DNA of 63,746 bases, counting the filler, from Lenisia limosa (Eukaryota; Protista; Breviatea): the NCBI GenBank assembly GCA_001655205.1. It is 16 parts of 16 records of this genome, joined end to end, with 100 filler letters (N's around TTAATTAATTAA, not from the genome) between each part and the next. Parts side by side here need not be neighbours in the genome. Positions count along the whole stretch, not along the records: positions 37,591 to 42,498 come from LPNZ01010501.1; positions 42,599 to 48,635 come from LPNZ01006178.1; positions 48,736 to 50,091 come from LPNZ01010407.1; positions 50,192 to 56,584 come from LPNZ01010317.1; 12 more parts are not named here. One strand, given 5' to 3'. Below the pieces are notes generated by a model. That model saw only the letters and a list, made by a program, of their open reading frames with translations, had not been told where the DNA came from and searched no databases. Each line of letters starts with the position of its first letter. Position 1 is the first letter of the stretch. The translations under genes were made by a program, and so were the position numbers. Of the stretch, positions 39,807 to 51,240 are shown piece after piece.

Positions 39807-40928
39807 ATGGCTACTCGGGGAAAGTACTGGATATCCGATCCAAATGACATTTATGACGTGAAGGTGAGGAGGGGGGTAATGGATGGTGGTTTTGGTTGGA
39901 ATGTTGGAATGAGTTAACCTGGAGAGGGGGGGGGNNNNNNNNNNNNNNNNNNNNNNNNNNNNNNNNNNNNNNNNNNNNNNNNGTGCACAGTTTAATTGGA
40001 TGTTGATGGGATTATTGACCACCCAGGTGAACGAGAGTGGAGTGGGCGCCATTGAGCCCATTAATGTGTCTACCTTCATCGATAACGCCTGTGACAAATA
40101 TGGCAACATTGTGAGTCGGGCCATCTCACGTCGTGATGTTTCGTATGGATTGCTATCTTGGAGTATGTTTCCTTTGAGTGAGAAAGTTTTGCCCGGGTTC
40201 GATTCTCTGTTTATGACGGACTGCTTTATATTGAATCATCTAAAAGAAGTAACGGGGGCATTTAGGACGTTCTGCATAGCAAGAGGCAAGGCAAGTGGGA
40301 GGCGCTTGGCTTCCACGATTACAGGGAGAAGGTGAGAGCGTGAGTGCCTAGCCTGGTTTACTCTGGTTTCATGATTATACCCATGTATCTGCTGTTGTCC
40401 TACTCTCATAAGACCTGTCTAATATCGTATGGAACTGACTTGTAGATCCACCAATGCGGCAGAGCACTGGTTGCCCTCGGAATTAAAGAAAGAGAGCAGG
40501 TTGGATACTTTGGCATGATTGAGTTTTTTTTTTTTGTGTAAAACAAGGTCATTTTGAGATTTTCTTTTAGAATTTCAGTGTCAAAACTCTTTCACAATAG
40601 TTTTATTTTGTAGATGTGCATTTTGGGATTCAATAGCGAAGAGTGGATGGTTGCCAACCTTGGAGCCATTACGGCCAACATGGTCACGTCAGGCATTTAC
40701 CTCACTAATAGTACGCCACTTCCTGGGGCTTCACTGTGAGACACCTATTATATCACCGATAATTTGAGGATTGAATCATGGAATAATGTATCATTAGGAT
40801 AATAATTGTCATTACACCAATTTCACCCATTATCCTTCATTTATCACTCCACCACAGCTGTCGACTCCTGCTCTTACGTATTGGGGCACTCCAAAGCTGT
40901 TATTTGCTTCACTGACTCTCAAATCCAA
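39807..40928 (+). CDS. Long-chain acyl-CoA synthetase, bubblegum (ACSBG)-like; 5' part only
   Basis: MATRGKYWISDPNDIYDVK/VNESGVGAIEPINVSTFIDNACDKYG, KRQGKWEALGFHDYREK, RALVALGI, CILGFNSEEWMVANLGAITANMVTSGIYLTNS, CSYVLGHSKA. The rest is not seen before the scaffold end. Confidence 0.85.
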
Positions 40929-43309
40929 GTAGGGTCTTATTTAATATGACTCAGTATAGTATGATATATTACATATCATTATAATATAGGTATATGTGTT
41001 TAAAACCGTAGACATGCATAAAACCGTGGACAAATAAAAAAAAACTTACATAAAATCGCTTCAATAAGACCCTTTTTAGTATGAAAATCGACAGCTTTGA
41101 GCTCAAGATTATCAACAACATCATAATAAGGCAATTTTGACCAAAAAGAAGAGCAAAAAGAGGAGATAAAAAAATATCGAAAAACATGATCTTTTGATCA
41201 GAATTGAACCCGCCCGGGGTGACCCAGTTTCTATTACGCCAAAGTATTTTTTTGAAACCCCCCCTCTCAGAATAATAGCTTTTTGAGCATATTAAAGTGC
41301 CCCACTATAGAAACGCAGATTTTTAAGGAGAATTCGAATCTGAAGTCCANNNNNNNNNNNNNNNNNNNNNNNNNNNNNNNNNNNNNNNNNNNNNNNNNNN
41401 NNNNNNNNNNNNNNNNNNNNNNNNNNNNNNNNNNNNNNNNNNNNNNNNNNNNNNNNNNNNNNNNNNNNNNNNNNNNNNNNNNNNNNNNNNNNNNNNNNNN
41501 NNNNNNNNNNNNNNNNNNNNNNNNNNNNNNNNNNNNNNNNNNNNNNNNNNNNNNNNNNNNNNNNNNNNNNNNNNNNNNNNNNNNNNNNNNNNNNNTGGAA
41601 TTCAAAATTATTGATATAAAAACGTCTTTGCGTTATGACAAGAGCGATCTTAGACCAATAGTCCATGTTTTTGATTATCTACTACTGTGCCCAAAATTGA
41701 AAGAAAAGTCCCGGAGGTCAACAATTTTTGGGTTCTGGCACACGGACAAGAGGTGACGAAGAGATTCCGTATGAGGTGGATTATCTGGGGGGCAAAAGAT
41801 CTTTTTTTTTTGCAAGTGTAGAAACGTATATTTATAAAGAAAGAGAGAGGAAACGAAATATACAAAAATTCAAGGGCAAACAATTTGAAAGGACAAAAAA
41901 TCATTTTTGTCCACAGTTTTATACATGTCCACAGTTTTCACTTCACAAAAACTGGTGCTTTTTGGGGGTGTTTTTATGAACATAAGTTTTTGACAGACAT
42001 TTTGCTTTTTTGACTTCCAAATATGGAAANNNNNNNNNNCGTAGTCGTTTTGAGAAATTTGAATAAACTTATGGAACGGTTTTTTTTCAAGAATTTTCCA
42101 TGTTCAGCTTATAAATGGAGTCAGTGGAAGAAATACTCACTAATAAAAGTATATGCTGCATTAGTAAGGCATTTATCGTTTTGGAAAGGTCAGAAAGTGA
42201 TTGTCAAATTTGTTTGATTTATTGGCATCTTCTATCATATTTTGGGATAGTTTTTGGCTGACGTCACACTCATTTTTGCTCAATTTTTGAATATTTCTCT
42301 CTTTATATGCTCGTAGTTTACCCGAGAANNNNNNNNNNGTATTTTGAAGGAATTACTGTGCTTATTTTTGATACCCCTTATCATGTTATTGTGTGATTCT
42401 TGAGAAATACGTATTTAGTGGAATTCAAAATTATTGATATAAAAACGTCTTTGCGTTATGACAAGAGCGATCTTAGACCAATAGTCCATGTTTTTGATNN
42501 NNNNNNNNNNNNNNNNNNNNNNNNNNNNNNNNNNNNNNNNNNTTAATTAATTAANNNNNNNNNNNNNNNNNNNNNNNNNNNNNNNNNNNNNNNNNNNNTA
42601 AACAGAAAAATCAAGCACATAGCTACATACCCTTCATTCCTTCTAACTTTGCCTCAGATTGCAGAGCAACAAGCTTGTCATGGGTGCGGGCTGTGGCAAG
42701 GACATTGGCTGGAAGCGTGAATTATGGTGCCCATATCAGTGGACATGATGACTTGTGTTCAAAGGAATATGACTTTAACCAAAGCAAACCTCCAGTCTTG
42801 GCCAACCAAAGAGCCACCTCTCTTCCAATACCTAAGAGAAATTATATTTGATGTGCAGAGAGGAGAAGTAAAAATAGATTGTATTATAGCATATTGCAAT
42901 GCGGAGAACAAATCAGGATTATCATATCATAATATCATCCATATAAGGTAAAAACTCTCAAAAAGTAGCACAAGAAGAGATATGCGTTTTTGGTAGGACA
43001 ACTGCAATATTTATACATATTAAAATATCAAACCTCTTGAAGCACCAGTAACAATAACACACGACATCGCGTCAGAAAACCAAAGGAAGAAAAAAAGTCT
43101 GTAAACTGTAATGAGCAAAATGCGTCTCCAACTATACTGCAATTACTTTTCTGTGATTATAAAGCGCAAAAATGACGAAAGAAACGATTTTGTCACCATT
43201 TGGCGACTCTTTAAGCTAAACGAACCCCCAGGATATATGGATATATAGAATATTTTGTGAGAGTCGTAATAATGAATTTCAACACAGGGCTATCGGTGGT
43301 TATAACAGA

Positions 43310-45320
43310 ATGTCGCCAATACCCTCGAAAAGGGGAGGAGACAAGCGGTCGAAAATGACCGTTGAAGAAGTCAGCATTGAGACCTCCATCTTCCTTCCTC
43401 CTGGCACGCCTTACGTTAGAATGCATTCTCCAGTTCAGATGAAAACTGGACCCCGCCGTTTCATCCCTCCTTCCCCTCAGCCTGGTGATTCGAAAACCGT
43501 TACCACCATGACCAAGGAGATCCCAACTACTCCTGGCCCTGTCCATGTCACACAGTCGATCACAAAGTCCAGCTCTTCTTCCAGCAGAAATTTGAGACCG
43601 TCACGATCAAGACCGGTGACTCCAGAAGCCAAGCGTTTGTTGGGATATATTGTTGTTGATCTTTTTTTCACCCAGTACCAGTACTGAAGTGGGGTTTCGA
43701 ACACTAATACAACAATAATTAGTGATGAAATTAACTCATCTTGATTCAATGCCAGTGGGGTTCTCGCCTTTTACAATTTAGAAGTCTCTTCGTCACCAAA
43801 GTCCCAACCCGACAGAACCGTTACAGTCGCAAAGTCGTCTCTCCGCTCCTCTGGCAATGGCAAATCCCTCCGCCCAAAGCCGTTGAAACAATCTGGTTCA
43901 AAGATCCCTGTCAAGGACACCCCTGTCAAAATGGAGGCTACGCACAAGGTTTGTTTATGTGCAAGATACGAAATATCAATATCTGAAAAGAATTGCTTTT
44001 CAGAATTGCAGTGTTAGAGGGTTTTCCCAAATTTAATTGCGGCGAACATCTTCAGTTAGGAATACTTATGTATCTTTCCATACGCAACTGTTCCCCAGTA
44101 GAGTTGGAAGAAGGGATGAGGCTCTATCATACTTCCATTTTTCATTTTCTTCCTCAGGCTATCTCTGATACAGTAACAAAGAAGCCACAAAAATCACACC
44201 CCCCCTCTCCGGTTTGGGATAGTGTGTTCTGCACCATGTTCTATTCATTGTTTGATGATAACAATTTTACATAACAGCGCCTCTTTGTGAGTACTATTGT
44301 AGTCTTATTTTTGAAAACAAATAATTCCAATTTTCGACCAACGAGCTGTTGCATAATTATATGTTTGTTTTCTGATATTATACTAAATAAGATATTTTGA
44401 GTTTGTACACAAGGCAGAAACAGTTAAATATTGTTGTGATATTCTTATACCCCAAGGCTGCCTCGAAGATACCCCGAAAGAAGGAATCGCCAAAAGTGTC
44501 NNNNNNNNNNNNNNNNNNNNNNNNNNNNNNNNNNNNNNNNNNNNNNNNNNNNNNNNNNNNNNNNNNNCCTCCCAGCCAGCAGTTTTACTCCCCCTCCCCC
44601 TTAGTACCATTACGCTAATATTCTTCATCGAAATTTCCTTCGTTTTACTGATGGGATGTGGTGCTGAGAAGCGACTGACCTAGGCTTTGTTTGTTTTGTT
44701 GTTATTAACCCTCTTGTTTGTCAGCCAAACAGAGTTGATTTCGGGTTTTTTATTGTTTTATATGTATATTTTTCAATTTTACTCCCCCTCCCCCCTTAGA
44801 TACCACTTCACAACATGAAGAACCCATTTCTGAAAAGCCAGCGGAGGAAAATGTAGGAGGATATTACTTTTGATTCGGTAAATGACGCAATTTCCCTGAT
44901 ACATAACTCCATCGAGAGACATACTATAATGTATGTTTTACTTTCTCGAAAAATCCAAGAGAAAGATCAATATTCTTGTTGACGTGGTTAGATAATTTTG
45001 CTAACTTATTTTACAGTTTATTTATCATCGCATTCTATCGAACGCCAATGCTTGTATCATTGAATTATCTGATCGCGCTGTTAGGCTCAAAACCCTCCAA
45101 TCAACTGGCCGGTGGCAGAACGACCTTCTGGAAAAGAACCCTTCCATCTCCCCCCTCGCCCGGAACTCAACTTTATCAAGTACGACTATGCCACAACACA
45201 GGCTGGCCTCATTGATATCCTCGATGATTTGTCGCATTCCTTCCTTGCCACGTCGAAGCTCGAGGCCGATTTAGACGTTGATAGTCTTCCGAAGAATGTT
45301 TCAATTCGCCATGTTAGTTG
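43310..45320 (+). CDS. Exons of an unidentified S/P/K-rich protein
   Basis: Long open segments 43310-43645, ~43782-43949, 44800-44852 and ~45090-45320 with plausible splice sites. No domain recognised. Confidence 0.4.
44617..44799 (+). repeat. Dispersed repeat family E (up to ~200 bp), ending TTTTACTCCCCCTCCCCC(T/C)AG
   Basis: Shared blocks GATGGGATG(C/T)GGTGCTG..GAAGCGACT, CAACAGAGTTG, CATAAATTTTCCAATTTT and TTCTTCATCGAAATTTCCTTCGTTT at ~1727-1800(-), 7963-8080, 19555-19600, 23270-23430(-), 45860-46069, 58600-58718(-) and 59790-59860. Confidence 0.75.
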
Positions 45321-46685
45321 ACAGGGGTTACACCAGTTTTTGGGGTAGTGGGGTTTGTTTGTTGCAATTTTTCAGGTGCAACTCTAACTTAGAACCCAAA
45401 AAAAAAGAGTCAAATTACTGTTATGAGCTTACAAATTGAGAACTCATGAATGGCACGTCTGGCTTACTATCAAGCTCATAAACTGGACTTTGTGTTAATT
45501 TTAAATCAAATTTTGTTTGATTTTTCAGCGTTGTGTTGTTTTTGTTTCGTTTTCAGAAGTCACAGTTTCTTTTCTTTTTTTTTCACTTTCAACCCTCTCC
45601 ACTAGCAATCTGCTTCCTTCACCATAAAATCATATGCGTCAGTTCAAAATTCTGGTTTTTTCGCNNNNNNNNNNNNNNNNNNNNNNNNNNNNNNNNNNNN
45701 NNNNNNNNNNNNNNACGAGATTCACTCTTTTTGAGAAAAACAAGTCTAAAATGTATATACTACATATATATTGTGTTTATCTCAAAATTAGAAGTAAAAT
45801 GATCTTGTCAAGTTTAGTTGGTTGCTCCTGTTTGTTATTGCTTGTGTTTGTGTTATTTATTTGTTTGGAGTTTCAGATTATTCGGTTCATGATTAGTACC
45901 TTTACACCAATGTTCTTCATCGAAATGGATTCCGTTTTACGCACCTCAACCCTCGTGTGTTATCAGCCAACAGAGTTGTTTTGTGCTTTTTTTTTTGTCT
46001 TCATAAATTTTCCAATTTTTACGCCATATTCTTCATCGAAATTTCCTTCGTTTTACTCCCCCCCCCCAGCGCCTCATGCTAGACCACGGACTTCGTAAAG
46101 CCCATTGCAAGGCAGTGTCGGAACTAATGGCGGTATCGGCGGCTAAAACGAAAAAGGGTCCCGGGGCGNNNNNNNNNNNNNNNNNNNNNNNNNNNNNNNN
46201 NNNNNNNNNNNNNNNNNNNNNNNNNNNNNNNNNNNNNNNNNNNNNNNNNNNNNNNNNNNNNNNNNNNNNNNNNNNNNNNNNNCCGAACCGAAGTGAAGCC
46301 TTTGGTGTAAGGTATGCTGGGGAGGAATGTAGAAAGTAGTTGTATGGCAAATGATTGGGTGAATTAATATTGTACTATAATCCAATATAAGCATGATGTT
46401 GTGGACGGCTTCGGCCTGATACATCCTAATTATTATTTATCATTGCTTTTTATTAGGTGGACCCTATGAAGTCTAGCCGTTAACTCAAGTTACTATGTAT
46501 TCATTGCACCGGGAAAAAGTCTTGACAGATTTGCTATGTGATTTCCAAGGAGAATAGGTCAAGACTTATCCCGATCACTTGTATATTAGAATATAATGAG
46601 CCAAAGAGGACACTCTTGAGAAGAGAAGATTAATATCAATTTCTGAAATGTTTTATTTTCCCCTATTATATGATGTGTCTTACCT

Positions 46686-46783
46686 GGGGCTTCACTTCTG
46701 TTCGAAAAAAGATTGAATTTCTCGATAAATCCTCGAAAACTACCAATATTTTATTGGTCTTTTTTGAACCGAAGTGAAGCCCT
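46686..46783. mobile_element. MITE family A copy
   Basis: GGGGCTTCACTTCTGTTCGAAAAAAGA ... TCTTTTTTGAACCGAAGTGAAGCCCT. Confidence 0.85.
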
Positions 46784-47298
46784 AGTCTTACCTTAATTAG
46801 GGCTCAATGGGACCAGCCAGACCTGTAGCCAAGAAGTCCACTTGCACCCCCGCTGTAAAAACTGGTCGGTACTTGTATCCATGAATACATTGTCAAATAT
46901 CATATACTATATATTCATTTCTTTTTTTTCGCTTTGTATCATGAATAATCATGAGTATTCACCATTCCAGAAGCAGCCAGCACTGAGAAGCCTCGTGTCG
47001 GTGCTAGGTCTGTTCTACTGGCTTTAGCTATGCCATTTTTTTTCTCCGATTTCAAGTTTTACATTATAGCCAATTTTGTTGATTTTTTCTGAGCTGTTGA
47101 ATATTTCTCATTTTGGAATGGTTGTATATATAAGTGTCAATATTTATGGAACACAGGTCGGGTATAGTGTTTGCCCGTTTCGCTGACCGGCCACTTGTGA
47201 GCAGAGATAACCCCCCAACTGGGCTTATTCCAATTCATCCCCGCGACCTCTCCAAGATGGCTATCATGTATGGCTCGTTGTAGCACTTCACTATGATT

Positions 47299-47397
47299 AG
47301 GCCTTCACTTCTGTCTGAAAAATACCGGTAAAATATCGACAGTTTTTTTGAGGATTTGTCGAGAAATTCAGTCCCTTTTTGACCGAAGTGAAGCCCT
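47299..47397. mobile_element. MITE family A copy
   Basis: AGGCCTTCACTTCTG ... GACCGAAGTGAAGCCCT, TA flanks. Confidence 0.8.
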
Positions 47398-48387
47398 AAC
47401 TATGATACTCTGATACGTTTGGATGGACGCTCATATAATCCGCGTTATCATTTCGACTTGAAAGTTGTTCATACGATCATATCTCCTGTTGAGATGGGTC
47501 AAAACAAAAAACTGTACCTGTTTTTTCTGAAATATTTCCTACGACGAAATAGATCGAGGGTGATATCATATTTTTTGGATAATCTTCAGTATCCTCGTCT
47601 TTATTCACTTTGATTAAAAGAGCTTTATTCCAATTCTCTCATTATTAACAAATGTGTAATTTCATACTCATTTAGGCCTTCAACCTTGGTTGCGAATAAG
47701 CCTGTTCGCAAGGCCAAATCTCCAGGTATGATTACCTGAAATCTAATGCAACAATTGTTGTTTCCTGAATTAATCATAATCTTTATACCGGTTCTTCCTA
47801 AGATTGAAACTTGGTCAATATAATTCGTACATATATTGTGTGATTATGCTTATGTATGATATATGCTCAATGTTGAATCTTTTTTCCTTTCACTTTATTG
47901 CTTACAATTCCCCTTTCAATGGTTTCTCCATACATAATATGGATACGATATAGCAACATATAATAAAGTTAATATTCCCTTTCATTTCAGTGGTTTTCTT
48001 CTGAAAATTCCTCTTGATTATACTCTACAGTGCCCACGGAGCCGTCTGAGGTATTCGAATCTCCCCCCGAAACTCCGATGCAACCCACAAGGCCAATAAA
48101 GTAGGCCCAATATTGATTTCAGACAAGAGGCATCAATCACTATTACCCTAAAGTGGAGCAACAATATGCTATTGATTCACGCTGCTATTGATTCACGCTG
48201 CTCAACCATCTTATTTAGTAAAATGCATTAATTCAAGCTGATTTGAATAACGATAGCTTTCGTCGATTTTCAAATATTATTTGTTTTATCCCATCATGTC
48301 ACTGAAAAGGAGTAGCTTGTTGATAACACCATAGAACGCGTCAACAAGTGAACAGAAGTCCGCCACCTCAACAGGTAGATCATAATT

Positions 48388-48590
48388 GCTGGTTCATTAT
48401 TACTATTATTATTATTTTTATTATTATTAGTAGTAGTATTATTATTATATTATTATTATTATTATTACATTATTTTTATTATTATTATATATTTTTATTA
48501 TTAGTAACAGTAGTGGTATTTTGATTATTATTATTATTAGCAGTAGTAGTATTAGTATTATTATTATTATTATTAGTAATAATAATTTTC
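48388..48590. repeat. Compound (ATT)n/(AGT)n microsatellite
   Basis: About 200 bp of trinucleotide low-complexity sequence. Confidence 0.9.
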
Positions 48591-49167
48591 AACGGGGTAC
48601 CACAGGACATTAATTCAATTTGAAACTGCTCTGACNNNNNNNNNNNNNNNNNNNNNNNNNNNNNNNNNNNNNNNNNNNNTTAATTAATTAANNNNNNNNN
48701 NNNNNNNNNNNNNNNNNNNNNNNNNNNNNNNNNNNTAGTTTGAGATTTTCTTGCCTTGACTAAAGGTATTTCCTCAAAAGTCGGTTTAAAAAAAAAAATA
48801 GCTTTTGTCAATATTGACCTTCAGTCAAGAAATTTTCAAAAAGAATTNNNNNNNNNNGATCGGACAGTAGGGATGCCCTAAATATATTCTATTATTATGT
48901 GGATACGTCCTTCACAAATGACCAGTTTAGCGAGACGGTGGATTGAGGTCGTGGGACATAGACAGCGGCAAAGTGGTTTGCAGGGGTCTCTGGAGGGATC
49001 AATCAGAACGTGATAAGTCTTGACCGATTTTCCTTGAGAAATCATATCATAAAGCAAATCGGTCAAGGGTGGTACCAAGGGCACTGTTAGTGATCAGGAT
49101 AAGTATATTGGATTTCCCCAAGGAAAATTGGTCATAACTTATCCTGGTCACTGTAATGTAGGTGGGG

Positions 49168-49780
49168 GTGGAAACCCCGACAATTGTTCAAACAGAAGGC
49201 ATTCAGTGGTACTCGGAGGACCATATTTTATAAAATAAAGTTTTCTAGTTTGAGATTTTCTTGCCTTGACTAAAGGTATTTCCTCAAAAGTCGGTTTTTT
49301 TGAGGGTTTTGGTACATTATGCCCACTTAAACTTACTTTTGACATTTTATTTGGATTTACAGATCCTGAAAACATGTGGTTTCATGCACTTTTCGTCAAA
49401 AAATATAATGGTAGCCTTGAGTTCTAATTCCAAAATTGACTGAAATCAAGAAAAATTCAATTTTGGAAATAAAGTGATTAGAACTCAAGGCTACCATTAT
49501 CTTTTTTGACGAAAAGTGCATGAAACCATATGATGTTTTCAGGGTCTGTAAATCCAAATAAAATGTCAAAAGTAAGTTTAAGTGGGCATAATGTACCAAA
49601 ACCCTCAAAAAAAACCGACTTTTGAGGAAATAGCTTTTGTCAATATTGACCTTCAGTCAAGAAATTTTCAAAAAGAATTCTTCACTTTCAAAAATATGGT
49701 CCTCAGAGTGGTTTCCACAACTTTTTTCGGCAATTGCTATTGAATGCCTTCTGTTTGAACAATTGTCGAGGTTTCCCCAC
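49168..49780. mobile_element. ~610-bp foldback (long inverted-repeat) element
   Basis: Inner arms ~49278-49428 and ~49478-49630 are near-perfect inverted repeats around a ~50-bp loop; outer arms ~49168-49205 and 49741-49780 also pair. Confidence 0.85.
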
Positions 49781-51240
49781 TGTCGGGGTTTTCCATAATT
49801 ACGTGTATCATATGTATCATATGTATCATATGTACATGTACATCAACATACCGCCGCTATGGGTGATATTCTGACCCTTTTGTAGTCGTCAGAGCTGGTC
49901 CTCAAGTCTGCACGGCACATTGATGTCGCATATGCAGCATCACTGTCAACGTTCTTCGTTTGCTCCTGTGGGACGGATCTGAATTGAATCAGATTATTCC
50001 AACTTATTTCAGAACAGAATATCTTGTGTTGAGCGATATAACATTACAAATCATATCATTTATTACAAGACATCATTATATAGTATAAGTANNNNNNNNN
50101 NNNNNNNNNNNNNNNNNNNNNNNNNNNNNNNNNNNTTAATTAATTAANNNNNNNNNNNNNNNNNNNNNNNNNNNNNNNNNNNNNNNNNNNNGTGGACCAT
50201 CAGGTGGCAACAAACGCAAATGTCCGAACGTTTATTGTGCGGTCGTGACTGCTACTGATGCTCATGATTCAGCTGCCAAGCTATCTTTGATGCTTTGATG
50301 GTAGGTAACATGTGGACATAGGAGATTTTACGTTCTTAAATGTTCGTTGATAAACTGTAACCCCACAGTTGCGCTGCAACGACAGCAAATGCTGTGTAAT
50401 TGGAACCAAAGATGTCCTATGAAGAATCTGTCGCCTTAACTCTTTGTATGAAAAATGTATATGATTGAAATGTCAACAACTTTCATGGAATCAAGCATTT
50501 GACACTTTGTTGCTTTGTTGGTATTGGTACATTCATGATTAACCAATTAACCCAAAATTAACCTGGTAAACCAGCGAGATTTCATGGAGGGGGGGGGGGN
50601 NNNNNNNNNNNNNNNNNNNNNNNNNNNNNNNNNNNNNNNNNNNNNNNNNNNNNNNNNNNNNNNNNNNNNNNNNNNNNNNNNNNNNNNNNNNNNNNNGGAA
50701 CCCTCCTGGGGGCTGTCTTAGGGAGATGGATTAGCAGTTTATTTAATTTGTATGTTTTTATTAGTTTTTGTATCTGCGGCATTTTTTGGAACATTTTTTT
50801 GATGTAATATTGTGGGACCTAATTACAGTGTACATTCACCTACATACCATAGTATATCACATCAAATATATTAGAATTAATGGACAATTAGATTAGAGTG
50901 TCTGGAATAGGGTTCTCGTCAATCCCATTTTAAAATGGGTACTTCAAAATTGGATTATGAAACTTTTTATTTTTTTTGAAAAATGGCCTGAAAATCCAAA
51001 AAATAAGGACGCATGGGTAACATCAAAAAGTCCAAAAGCTTCTCGAACATTCGAAAAAACTATATTTTCCAGGGAGGCAAAGGCTACAGGCGATACACGT
51101 GACGTGATATGTTGTGGAGCATCGTCAACCAATTTCTCTCGAATAAGGTCCGTACCACAAATGAAATGAATGTTAATAAATAAGAAAACCATTATCAGAG
51201 GTCTTTCTAGAAACATCCTAAACAGGCTCCCTCAAAAACT

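Noticed and set aside
41596-42498. ~83-bp direct duplication (41596-41678 and 42418-42498), and a similar pair at ~63277-63337 and ~63421-63478
   Set aside because: Both lie beside short N gaps or scaffold ends and are most simply unmerged contig overlaps or repeat subunits.
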